A stretch of DNA of 64,000 nt, taken from the NCBI GenBank assembly GCA_938074525.1, contig CALJEX010000040.1, forward strand, positions 18-64,017, in the 5' to 3' direction. This DNA is from an uncultured Gammaproteobacteria bacterium. Its GTDB lineage: Bacteria; Pseudomonadota; Gammaproteobacteria; UBA4575. This document shows positions 55,395-64,000 of the stretch, in pieces. A model generated the notes under the pieces. It was not told where the DNA came from. It worked only from the letters and a program-made list of their open reading frames with translations, and did not search any database. The position numbers were made by a program, and so were the translations under genes. Positions within the stretch are counted from its first letter, which is position 1, and every line of letters starts with the position of its first letter.

Positions 55395-56144
55395 ATGAAA
55401 TTTGCAGGTATTGTTGAATACGATGGCAGTGATTTTTGCGGATGGCAGCGACAATCGCACGTACCATCAGTGCAAGAGGCGGTTGAGCGTGCGATTAGTT
55501 TGGTCGCTAACCATGAAGTGGGTATCGCTTGTGCCGGCAGAACTGATACGGGTGTGCATGCGTTAGGGCAGGTAATGCATTTTGAAACGAATGCTCAGCG
55601 TGAATTGCGTTCTTGGTTGCTGGGGATCAATTCTAATTTGCCACGCAGTGTGGTGCTGAGATCAATCAAGCTAATGCCAGAAGACTTTCATGCGCGTTTT
55701 TCTGCGCTTACGCGTTCATACCGTTATATTATATCCAACGAGAAGGTACGTCCTGCGTTACTAGCTAACAGGGTTGCGTGGGAGCATTCGCTTCTCGATG
55801 TGCAACTAATGCAAGCAGGGGCTGAATATCTCGTTGGCAAACACGATTACACTAGTTTTCGTGCTTTAGGCTGCCAAGCAAAAAGTCCTATACGAGAAAT
55901 TTCTCGGCTAAGCATACAAAGAGAGGGTGCTTTAGTTATTATGGATGTCACTGCCAATGGGTTTCTGCACCATATGGTACGTAATTTGGCGGGTGTGCTT
56001 ATGAGTATCGGAAAGAAAGAGTATCCCCCCGAATGGGCTTTGGAAGTGTTAATGAAAAAAGATCGTGCCGGTGGTGGTGTCACCGCACAAGCACAGGGAT
56101 TATATTTTATGTCTGTACAATATGATCCAAAGTATCAACTGTAA
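55395..56144 (+). CDS. truA: tRNA pseudouridine(38-40) synthase
   Basis: 249 aa. MKFAGIVEYDGSDFCGWQRQ and GRTDTGVHALGQV (catalytic Asp). Confidence 0.93.
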   Translation: MKFAGIVEYDGSDFCGWQRQSHVPSVQEAVERAISLVANHEVGIACAGRTDTGVHALGQVMHFETNAQRELRSWLLGINSNLPRSVVLRSIKLMPEDFHARFSALTRSYRYIISNEKVRPALLANRVAWEHSLLDVQLMQAGAEYLVGKHDYTSFRALGCQAKSPIREISRLSIQREGALVIMDVTANGFLHHMVRNLAGVLMSIGKKEYPPEWALEVLMKKDRAGGGVTAQAQGLYFMSVQYDPKYQL

Positions 56145-56185
56145 AATACTATCAATCACGTTTGTTTGAGAAAAGTAAGTTAATC

Positions 56186-56809
56186 ATGGCACGTACGCGT
56201 ATTAAATTTTGTGGCATCACTCAACTTGAAGACCTGCAGGTGGCAGTAGATCTCGGTGTAGACGCAATTGGATTGGTGTTTTGCCCAACTAGTCCGCGTG
56301 CAATCAATGTACAACAAGCGTGTATGTTAATTGATCGCTGTGGCCCATTTATCACCAGCGTAGGGTTATTCATGAATCAAGATGCGGGTACAATCAGTTC
56401 ACTAATAGACAAGGTTCCTGTTGATATGCTGCAGTTTCATGGCGATGAGTCAGAACAATTCTGTTGCTCCTTCGGGCTGCCCTACTTGAAGAGTGTCGCG
56501 ATGGGCGGAATGGGCCAAGCTGTGTCTGAGTCGGACTACGCCTCTGCCTCTGCTTTATTGCTAGATAGTAATGAATTAGGTCAGCCAGGGGGTTCAGGCA
56601 AGCAATTTAATTGGCAGAATATCCCTGCATTAGAAAGACCAATTATATTGGCTGGTGGTTTAGAACCGAATAATGTCAGTGATGCCATTAAACAAGTACG
56701 ACCTTATGCGGTTGATGTGAGTAGCGGTATTGAGTCAGTTAAAGGAAAAAAAGATATTAATAAAATGAAAAATTTTGTAACAGCAGTGCGAGATACTGAT
56801 GAGTGCTAA
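56186..56809 (+). CDS. trpF: N-(5'-phosphoribosyl)anthranilate isomerase
   Basis: Start taken at [12 protein letters not shown] (PRAI N-terminus); the track ORF begins 24 nt earlier at 56162. TIM-barrel PRAI motifs. Confidence 0.85.
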   Translation: MARTRIKFCGITQLEDLQVAVDLGVDAIGLVFCPTSPRAINVQQACMLIDRCGPFITSVGLFMNQDAGTISSLIDKVPVDMLQFHGDESEQFCCSFGLPYLKSVAMGGMGQAVSESDYASASALLLDSNELGQPGGSGKQFNWQNIPALERPIILAGGLEPNNVSDAIKQVRPYAVDVSSGIESVKGKKDINKMKNFVTAVRDTDEC

Positions 56810-58025
56810 CGTAAAAGAAAATGTTATGAATGCAGCGATAATGCCTGATGAACGTGGTCACTTCGGTGTTTATGGAGGGCGTTTTGTCGCAGAGACTTTA
56901 ATGACGCCTCTGCAAGAGCTGGAAGCTGAATATGCTGCAAGTAAAGTTGACCCATCCTTCCAAAAAGAATTTGATGATGACTTGGCTCATTATGTCGGCC
57001 GTCCAAGTCCTCTTTATTTTGCTCAAAGATTAACAAAATTATGGGGTGGAGCTAAGGTTTATTTGAAACGTGAAGACCTCAATCACACAGGCGCACATAA
57101 AATTAACAATACAATTGGTCAGGCTTTGCTTGCTAAGCGTATGGGTAAAACGCGCATCATTGCTGAAACAGGTGCTGGCCAACATGGTGTGGCAAGTGCC
57201 ACGATTGCAGCACGTTTAGGATTGGAATGCGTCGTTTATATGGGTGCTGATGATATTCAACGTCAAGCGCCAAATGTGTACCGTATGCGTTTGTTGGGCG
57301 CCAAAGTTGTTCCTGTGACATCGGGTTCACGTACACTTAAAGATGCCCTTAATGAAGCTTTAAGAGATTGGGTAACTAATGTTGATAACACTTTTTATAT
57401 TATCGGTACTGTTGCAGGTCCTCATCCTTATCCATTGTTGGTAAGAGATTTTCAAACAGTGATTGGGCGTGAAGCACGTGAGCAGAGTCTTGATCAAACA
57501 GGCAAGTTACCCGATGCATTAGTTGCATGTGTAGGTGGTGGCTCTAATGCGATTGGTTTATTCCACCCTTTCTTGCCAGATGCTGAAGTGAAAAAATACG
57601 GTGTTGAGGCGGGTGGTGATGGTGTTGAAACAGGACGTCATTCCGCGCCATTAAATGCCGGCAGTCCTGGTGTGTTGCATGGTAACCGTACTTATCTAAT
57701 GGAAGATAACAACGGCCAAATTATAGAAACCCATTCTATTTCGGCTGGGCTAGATTATCCTGGTGTTGGCCCCGAGCATTCGTGGTTGAAAGATGAAGGC
57801 AGTGTTGAATATGTCACAGTTACCGATGATGAAGCGCTGGCTGCGTTTCACCAATTGACGCGTATTGAAGGAATTATACCTGCGCTTGAAAGTAGTCACG
57901 CGGTGGCTTATACGCAAAAACTTGCAAAGACAATGGATAAAGAGCAAACCATTATTGTTAATCTGTCAGGTCGTGGTGATAAAGATATTAATACTGTGGC
58001 ACGTATTGAAGGAATAGAACTGTGA
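56799..58025 (+). CDS. trpB: Tryptophan synthase beta subunit
   Basis: 408 aa. PLP lysine region [16 protein letters not shown] and the GGGSNAIG glycine loop. Confidence 0.96.
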   Translation: MSANVKENVMNAAIMPDERGHFGVYGGRFVAETLMTPLQELEAEYAASKVDPSFQKEFDDDLAHYVGRPSPLYFAQRLTKLWGGAKVYLKREDLNHTGAHKINNTIGQALLAKRMGKTRIIAETGAGQHGVASATIAARLGLECVVYMGADDIQRQAPNVYRMRLLGAKVVPVTSGSRTLKDALNEALRDWVTNVDNTFYIIGTVAGPHPYPLLVRDFQTVIGREAREQSLDQTGKLPDALVACVGGGSNAIGLFHPFLPDAEVKKYGVEAGGDGVETGRHSAPLNAGSPGVLHGNRTYLMEDNNGQIIETHSISAGLDYPGVGPEHSWLKDEGSVEYVTVTDDEALAAFHQLTRIEGIIPALESSHAVAYTQKLAKTMDKEQTIIVNLSGRGDKDINTVARIEGIEL

Positions 58026-58846
58026 GTCGTATACAAGCGTGTTTTGAACAGCTAGCGCAAAATAATAAAAAAGCACTTATTAGTTATATTACGGCCGGAG
58101 ATCCGCATCCGTCGAATACGTTAGAAATAATGCATGCGTTAACTGATGCAGGTACCGATATTATTGAGTTGGGCATTCCGTTTTCTGACCCAATGGCAGA
58201 TGGCCCAGTTATCCAGTTAGCCTGTGAGCGTGCACTTAAGCACGGCACCTCGCTGAAAGATGTTATAGGAATTGTTAAACAATTTCGTCAGACTAATACG
58301 ACTACGCCTGTAGTGTTAATGGGCTATCAAAATCCCATCGAAATTTTTGGTGTAGAAAAATTTGCTGAAACAGTCTCTGGATTGGTTGATGGCGTGATCA
58401 CAGTTGATTTGCCGCCGGAAGAAAGTCAGCAAGCTGCATCAGTTTATAAACAGTACGATATCGATACTATTTATCTGTTGGCGCCAACGACAAGTGATCA
58501 GCGAATACAAATGATTACTGATCTGGCTTCTGGCTTTTTATATTACGTCTCGTTCAAAGGGATCACTGGCGCCAGTCAAATTGATGTAAATAGCGTCGAA
58601 GCCAAAATTGATCAGATTAGAAAACATACAGATATGCCTATCGCTGTTGGATTTGGTATTAAAGACGCAAACACTGCGAAATTGGTAGCAGGCTGCTGTA
58701 ATGCGGTGGTTGTGGGTAGTGCAATCGTTTCAATCATCGCTGAACATGGAAAAGATATGCCAGCGACTACCAGTGAGGTGAAATCTTTGTTGCGTGAGAT
58801 CAAGGATGCATTGGATAATGACGAAACTATACAGAATATAGCCTGA
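58022..58846 (+). CDS. trpA: Tryptophan synthase alpha subunit
   Basis: 274 aa. [19 protein letters not shown] motif. ATGA overlap with trpB. Confidence 0.93.
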   Translation: MSRIQACFEQLAQNNKKALISYITAGDPHPSNTLEIMHALTDAGTDIIELGIPFSDPMADGPVIQLACERALKHGTSLKDVIGIVKQFRQTNTTTPVVLMGYQNPIEIFGVEKFAETVSGLVDGVITVDLPPEESQQAASVYKQYDIDTIYLLAPTTSDQRIQMITDLASGFLYYVSFKGITGASQIDVNSVEAKIDQIRKHTDMPIAVGFGIKDANTAKLVAGCCNAVVVGSAIVSIIAEHGKDMPATTSEVKSLLREIKDALDNDETIQNIA

Positions 58847-58904
58847 TAAGATTCGAAGATTTAACTTCTTAGTAAAAAATAACTTAGTAAAAAAATAAAA
58901 TAAC

Positions 58905-59762
58905 ATGAGCTGGTTAGAGAAACTAATGCCTTTGAAGATTCGTACTGATAGTACGTCTAAGCGAAAAGTGCCAGAAGGTTTATGGGATAAGTGTCCGAGT
59001 TGTAGCGCGGTATTATACGGTGCTGAACTTGAGCGTAATCTTCAAGTCTGCCCTAAGTGCGGCCATCATTTGCGAATTAGTGCACGTAGTCGAGTTAGAT
59101 ACTTTCTCGATGAAGGTGAACAAATAGAAATTGGCGATGAATTAGAGCCTAAAGATTTTTTGAAATTTAAGGACTCTAAAAAATATAAAGATCGTCTTTC
59201 AGCAGCGGTAAAAAGCACGGGTGAAAAAGATGCATTGATCGTGTCACATGGAAAATTAAAAGGCATGCCGGTGGTGGTGGCTGCTTTTGAATTTGGTTTT
59301 ATGGGTGGATCAATGGGTTCAGTGGTTGGTGAGCGCTTTTTGATGGGAGTCAAAAAGAGTATTGCTGAAAGTATTCCCTTTGTGTGTTTTTCTACAAGTG
59401 GTGGTGCACGCATGCAAGAAGCATTAATGTCCTTAATGCAGATGGCGAAAACAAGTGCGGCGTTAACTCGCTTATCAGAGCAGCGCCTACCATTTATTTC
59501 AGTGTTAACAGATCCAACAATGGGTGGAGTGTCTGCAAGTTTTGCAATGTTGGGTGATGTACATATTGCTGAGCCTAATGCATTGATTGGATTTGCTGGT
59601 CCGCGAGTGATACAGCAAACCGTGCGTGAAACTTTGCCAGAAGGATTTCAGCGCAGTGAATTTCTATTGGATCATGGAGCAATAGATATGATCGTCGAAA
59701 GAAAAGAGTTGCGTGATCGTATCCATAATTTGCTACATATTTTGACTGATCGTGTTGTATAG
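58905..59762 (+). CDS. accD: Acetyl-CoA carboxylase carboxyltransferase beta subunit
   Basis: 285 aa. MSWLEKL N-terminus and a Cys4 zinc finger (CPSCSAVLY...CPKCGHH). Confidence 0.95.
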   Translation: MSWLEKLMPLKIRTDSTSKRKVPEGLWDKCPSCSAVLYGAELERNLQVCPKCGHHLRISARSRVRYFLDEGEQIEIGDELEPKDFLKFKDSKKYKDRLSAAVKSTGEKDALIVSHGKLKGMPVVVAAFEFGFMGGSMGSVVGERFLMGVKKSIAESIPFVCFSTSGGARMQEALMSLMQMAKTSAALTRLSEQRLPFISVLTDPTMGGVSASFAMLGDVHIAEPNALIGFAGPRVIQQTVRETLPEGFQRSEFLLDHGAIDMIVERKELRDRIHNLLHILTDRVV

Positions 59763-59823
59763 ATAGTTGCTATAGAAATATCAATATGGCGAATCTGGTT
59801 TCTGCACTTAGTTGGTTAGTGTA

Positions 59824-61086
59824 ATGAAGTACAACACTTTAGATGATTGGCTAGCATGGCAGACCACGCTGCATGCGCGTGAAATAGAACTCGGCCTAGA
59901 CAGAATCGAAACTGTCGCTAAAAATTTAAACCTCCTTGATTGTCCTTTCCCTGTCATTACTGTTGCAGGTACCAATGGTAAAGGTTCCGCAGTAGCTATG
60001 TTAAGCACCATTCTGCATCATGCCGGCTATAAGGTGGGAACATATACTTCTCCTCATATCATTCATTACAATGAACGTATCAGGATCGGTTTGCGTTGTG
60101 TACAAGATGAGAGTTTGTGCCAATCGTTTGAGAAAATTAATACTGCACGAGATGGTATAAGCTTGAGCTTTTTTGAGTTTGCCACCTTAACCGCGTTAGA
60201 TATTTTTCATGACAGCCAAGTTGATGTCGCCGTGCTAGAGGTGGGTCTGGGTGGTCGACTGGATGCGACTAATATCATTGATAATGATTTGGCGTTTGTG
60301 ACGAGCATAGGTCTGGATCATACAGAATGGTTGGGTGATAACCGAGAATTGATTGGCTATGAAAAAGCAGGAATTTTTCGTGCCAATACGCCAGCTATTT
60401 GTGGTGATATTGATGCGCCCAATTCGATTGCTGAAACAGCAGAAAAAGTGAATGCGAATTTATTTCAGTTAAATACTGATTTCAGTTATAAAGTGGCAAA
60501 AACATCCTGGTCTTTTTTGACCGATGGGTATGAGCTACATGGGTTACCTCTGCCAAATCTTTCCGGTGCGATACAAATTCGAAATGCGGCAAGTGTGCTA
60601 ATGGGTTTACACTGCTTAAGCGATAAGCTACCTCTCAGTACAGATGCAATAGAAACCGGACTACGCGAAGTAACCTTAGAAGGAAGATTTCAGCGTATCG
60701 TTAAAGATTGTGAAATCATTCTAGATGTTGCGCATAATTTTGACAGTGCAAAAATATTGGCTGAGAATTTAATGGCGTTGCCTAAGCCTCAAAGGACTAT
60801 TGCAGTATTCGCAGTACTGAGCGATAAGGATGTTGACGGTATCGTAGCCTTACTGCATTCCCATATTGATGATTGGTATATCTCGCAAGTGAATTCGCCT
60901 CGATGCATGCAAGTAGATCAAGTGGAACAGTCACTTATGCAACAAAGTTCAGACACAAGTGTGGAAGTGTTTGAGTCTGTTGAGCAGGCATACTCTCAAG
61001 CGCAAATGGATGCTAGCGAAGGTGATCGAATTATCGTCTTTGGCTCAATCTTTACAGTCTCCGAAGTGCTCGCAAGTGAATCATAA
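59824..61086 (+). CDS. folC: Dihydrofolate synthase / folylpolyglutamate synthase
   Basis: Start at ATG 59824 (MKYNTLDDWLAW, aligning with the E. coli FolC N-terminus); the track ORF starts at TTG 59812. P-loop VAGTNGKGS. Confidence 0.9.
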   Translation: MKYNTLDDWLAWQTTLHAREIELGLDRIETVAKNLNLLDCPFPVITVAGTNGKGSAVAMLSTILHHAGYKVGTYTSPHIIHYNERIRIGLRCVQDESLCQSFEKINTARDGISLSFFEFATLTALDIFHDSQVDVAVLEVGLGGRLDATNIIDNDLAFVTSIGLDHTEWLGDNRELIGYEKAGIFRANTPAICGDIDAPNSIAETAEKVNANLFQLNTDFSYKVAKTSWSFLTDGYELHGLPLPNLSGAIQIRNAASVLMGLHCLSDKLPLSTDAIETGLREVTLEGRFQRIVKDCEIILDVAHNFDSAKILAENLMALPKPQRTIAVFAVLSDKDVDGIVALLHSHIDDWYISQVNSPRCMQVDQVEQSLMQQSSDTSVEVFESVEQAYSQAQMDASEGDRIIVFGSIFTVSEVLASES

Positions 61087-61190
61087 ACCCTTTGCTGGGC
61101 GTTAAAAGTTTAGAAATTCAAGCTTCGCATGTGCCACTCGGTTTATGTAGAATGCAGCTATGACTTTTAGCCATCAAACTTACTAAAATA

Positions 61191-61736
61191 GTGGATTCAA
61201 CGCTTAAATATCGAATCGTCGGCGCGACGGTACTGCTGTCTTTGGCGGTGATCTTTATTCCCATGATACTCGATGGTTCTGGGCAGGAATCAGTGACTAA
61301 GATCGATATGAAAATGCCACCTGAGCCAACCCTGGTGTTTTCAGATGAGTTGGATAGCCAAGTGAAAACGCCAGCCCCAGAACATACATCTTCTGGGAAA
61401 GAGACGAAAATAAGTCCACCAGATGCCGATCCAGTTAATAATGTGGTGCCAGAGGTGGTTGTCAGCGCAGATACTAAATCTGAATTACTTGGTTGGGTGG
61501 TTCAAGTGGGTGCATTTGGGGAAAGACAAAAAGCAGTGGCGATGCAGAAGCAACTTGTTGATGCAGGGTTTGATGCGTTAGTTGAAGTGGGTTCAAATAA
61601 AGGTAAAGACTATTTTCGTGTCAAAGTAGGGCCGGTTATTTCGCAAGATGAGGCAACTAAGATTAGGGATAACTTACGTAAGAAAATGAAACTAGAGGCT
61701 GCATTTGTAACGCGACATCCACGTACTGCTGGATAA
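61191..61736 (+). CDS. dedD: SPOR-domain cell-division protein (DedD-like)
   Basis: 181 aa. GTG start, one TM helix, a Pro/Glu-rich linker, then a C-terminal SPOR domain (GWVVQVGAFGERQKAVAMQKQL). accD-folC-dedD-cvpA-purF synteny. Confidence 0.7.
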   Translation: MDSTLKYRIVGATVLLSLAVIFIPMILDGSGQESVTKIDMKMPPEPTLVFSDELDSQVKTPAPEHTSSGKETKISPPDADPVNNVVPEVVVSADTKSELLGWVVQVGAFGERQKAVAMQKQLVDAGFDALVEVGSNKGKDYFRVKVGPVISQDEATKIRDNLRKKMKLEAAFVTRHPRTAG

Positions 61737-61754
61737 TAAAAACTATAAATACAC

Positions 61755-62321
61755 ATGGCTGATATTACTTGGATTGATATAATTATTGTCGTTGTTTTTT
61801 TGATTTCGACGACGATTGCTCTGTTAAGAGGGTTTGTGCGCGAAGCCGTTTCAATAGTGACTTGGGTGGCGGCAATTTGGTTGGCATTGAGTCAATCAGA
61901 GCAGGTTTCTTTCCTGTTGCCTGAGGCCATCGATAGTGCAAGTTTTTCGTTTGGAGAAAATGAGTACGGGACTAATATCCGTGTCGGGATTGCCTTTGTA
62001 TTGATCATGGTTGGTGTACTGGTATTTGGTGCGTTAATTAATTTTGTGCTGAGTCAGATTATGAAAGCGCAAATCCTTAAAGGAGTGGATCGCATGTTGG
62101 GCATGGTGTTTGGTGTGTTACGTGCATCAGTCATTACTACGATTTTGATAATGACTGCATCTGCATTTACTACATTGCCGCAATCATCGACATGGCAATC
62201 ATCTCGGTTAATTAAACCGTTTGAACAGGCAGCGGTGTGGGTGGTCGCCCAATTGCCTGAACGATATGCGCAGCAGTTTAGACTGCCTGCTAAAGTACAC
62301 AACGCTGATATTCAGCTTTAG
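61755..62321 (+). CDS. cvpA: Colicin V production membrane protein CvpA
   Basis: 188 aa, 4 TM helices, position upstream of purF. Confidence 0.8.
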   Translation: MADITWIDIIIVVVFLISTTIALLRGFVREAVSIVTWVAAIWLALSQSEQVSFLLPEAIDSASFSFGENEYGTNIRVGIAFVLIMVGVLVFGALINFVLSQIMKAQILKGVDRMLGMVFGVLRASVITTILIMTASAFTTLPQSSTWQSSRLIKPFEQAAVWVVAQLPERYAQQFRLPAKVHNADIQL

Positions 62322-62330
62322 AGAGCTATT

Positions 62331-63848
62331 ATGTGTGGAATTGTAGGGATTATTGGTAGCCAGCAACTCAACCAAGAGTTGTATGACGGACTAACAGTAC
62401 TGCAGCATCGCGGGCAAGACGCAGCAGGCATTGCCACTTCTGAAGGAAGCCGAGTATATCAGCGCAAAGGAAATGGCCTAGTTCGAGATGTATTTCAAGA
62501 TCGTCATATGCAGCAAATGCAAGGCAGTATGGGAATAGCACATGTAAGATATCCCACTGCGGGAAGTTCTTCTTCAGCTGAAGCTCAACCGTTTTACGTC
62601 AACTCTCCTTATGGCCTAACTTTGGGACATAATGGTAATTTGACCAATGCTGAAGCGCTGAAGCAAGAATTGTATATCGACGATCGTCGTCATATTAATA
62701 CCAATTCCGATTCGGAAATATTATTGAATGTGCTTGCTCACGAATTACTTCATTCGAGTCAGAGAAAATTATCACCAAGGACGATTTTTGATGCGGTGCG
62801 TGGTGTGCATCGCCGTTGCGAAGGTGCATACGCAGTGGTATCCATGATCTGTGGGATGGGAATTTTAGCATTTCGTGATCCACATGGTATTCGTCCATTA
62901 GTTTATGGCGTTAAAGAGACTAGCAGAGGCATGCAATACATGGTGGCTTCCGAGAGTGTTGCCTTAGATGTGTTGGGTTATGAGTTGGTGCGTGATGTTA
63001 AGCCGGGTGAGGCAATACTTATTGATGAGCAAGGCCAATTTCATTCGCAAATCTGTGTAGACGAAGGTGTGTATGCACCATGTATTTTTGAGTATGTCTA
63101 TTTTGCAAGACCTGATTCGATAATGGAAAATGTTTACGTGCAGAAAGCACGTATGCGCATGGGTCAACGATTAGCAGAAAAAATTCTCAAAGCATGGCCA
63201 GAGCAAGATATTGATGTGGTTATTCCTATTCCTGATACCAGTCGAACAGCTGCATTAGAAATGGCGCATGTTCTTGGTTGCAAATATAGAGAAGGATTCA
63301 TTAAGAACCGTTATATTGGTCGAACTTTTATTATGCCTGGTCAGACTCAACGTAAAAAATCAGTACGTCAGAAGTTAAATCCTATTAACTTAGAATACAA
63401 AAATAAGAACGTTTTGTTGGTCGATGATTCTATTGTGCGCGGAACAACATCAAAAGAGATTGTTCAAATGGCCAGAGATGCGGGAGCGAAAAACGTTTAT
63501 TTTGCATCAGCTTCTCCACCAGTTCGCTATCAAAACATATATGGTATTGATATGCCTGCAGCCACTGAATTGATTGCGCATGGTAAAAATGTTGATGAGA
63601 TCTGTGAAGAGATTGGTGCAGACAAATTATTTTACCAAGACATTGATGATCTGATTTGGTCTGTGCGTAAGGGGAATAAAAAACTCAAACAATTTGAGAC
63701 TTCTGTATTTACGGGGAAATACGTCACAGGTATTGGCGATGAATACCTTCGCTCATTAGAGGTGGTTCGTAGCGATGCTAGCAAAGCGATGCTGGAACAA
63801 GAAAAACAGCAAGATCTCACAAGTGTAGATTTGATTAGTAACTTGTAA
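62331..63848 (+). CDS. purF: Amidophosphoribosyltransferase
   Basis: 505 aa. N-terminal nucleophile MCGIVGI, Ntn glutaminase domain and a PRTase domain ([13 protein letters not shown]). Confidence 0.96.
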   Translation: MCGIVGIIGSQQLNQELYDGLTVLQHRGQDAAGIATSEGSRVYQRKGNGLVRDVFQDRHMQQMQGSMGIAHVRYPTAGSSSSAEAQPFYVNSPYGLTLGHNGNLTNAEALKQELYIDDRRHINTNSDSEILLNVLAHELLHSSQRKLSPRTIFDAVRGVHRRCEGAYAVVSMICGMGILAFRDPHGIRPLVYGVKETSRGMQYMVASESVALDVLGYELVRDVKPGEAILIDEQGQFHSQICVDEGVYAPCIFEYVYFARPDSIMENVYVQKARMRMGQRLAEKILKAWPEQDIDVVIPIPDTSRTAALEMAHVLGCKYREGFIKNRYIGRTFIMPGQTQRKKSVRQKLNPINLEYKNKNVLLVDDSIVRGTTSKEIVQMARDAGAKNVYFASASPPVRYQNIYGIDMPAATELIAHGKNVDEICEEIGADKLFYQDIDDLIWSVRKGNKKLKQFETSVFTGKYVTGIGDEYLRSLEVVRSDASKAMLEQEKQQDLTSVDLISNL

Positions 63849-64000
63849 GTCGGCTAGCCTGTTGTCTCAATTGCCAGTTAATTTGGAGAATGCTTGTTTA
63901 GAAGTCGTCGAAAAGTTTTCTAGTAAAATTACCGATCCCTGGTTAATGGTGGATTCAAGCACGCAGCAGTTATATGTGATTGATAGCAAATCACAGTCTC

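Noticed and set aside
63946-64000. Possible start of another plus-strand gene at the window end (MVDSSTQQLYVIDSKSQS...)
   Set aside because: Only 18 codons are visible and there are no recognisable motifs, so it cannot be supported or identified.

Overview
This window is a gene-dense (about 90% coding) chromosomal segment from a low-GC gammaproteobacterium. I see no rRNA or tRNA genes, no CRISPR array, and no transposase or phage genes. Almost all of it is conserved housekeeping backbone, listed in the feature table with start-site corrections noted per entry. Many junctions are ATGA/TAATG overlaps or convergent stop codons only 3-6 nt apart. Three regions stand out from the backbone. (1) A roughly 2.3 kb AT-rich insert (16330-18632) lies between the tsaB/VOC genes and the lysE-valS genes. 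It carries a periplasmic superoxide-reductase-like gene broken by an in-frame TAG, and a bacterial animal-heme peroxidase gene on the minus strand. The peroxidase gene is broken by a +1 shift in an A9 homopolymer and by an in-frame TGA, yet its catalytic motifs are intact. This looks like an acquired oxidative-stress island that is decaying, or that is mis-sequenced at homopolymers. (2) A two-gene minus-strand operon (41278 down to 37373) encodes a 597-aa protein with no family I can recognise, 36 nt upstream of a 691-aa FimX-like REC-PAS-GGDEF-EAL protein. Both the GGDEF motif (NDESF) and the EAL motifs are degenerate. I read this as a putative new c-di-GMP receptor/adaptor module and the best candidate for an undescribed system here. 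(3) A lone 1113-aa UvrD-type helicase fused to a RecB-family PD-(D/E)xK nuclease (AddA-like) sits, with no AddB/RecCD partner, between dsbC and parE where recJ is usually found. At the left edge, a Gfo/Idh/MocA oxidoreductase plus DegT aminotransferase pair (GnnA/GnnB- or WbpB/WbpE-like) sits beside rnhB-dnaE where lpx genes are normally located. All functional assignments come from my reading of the translated motifs. No database search was run.
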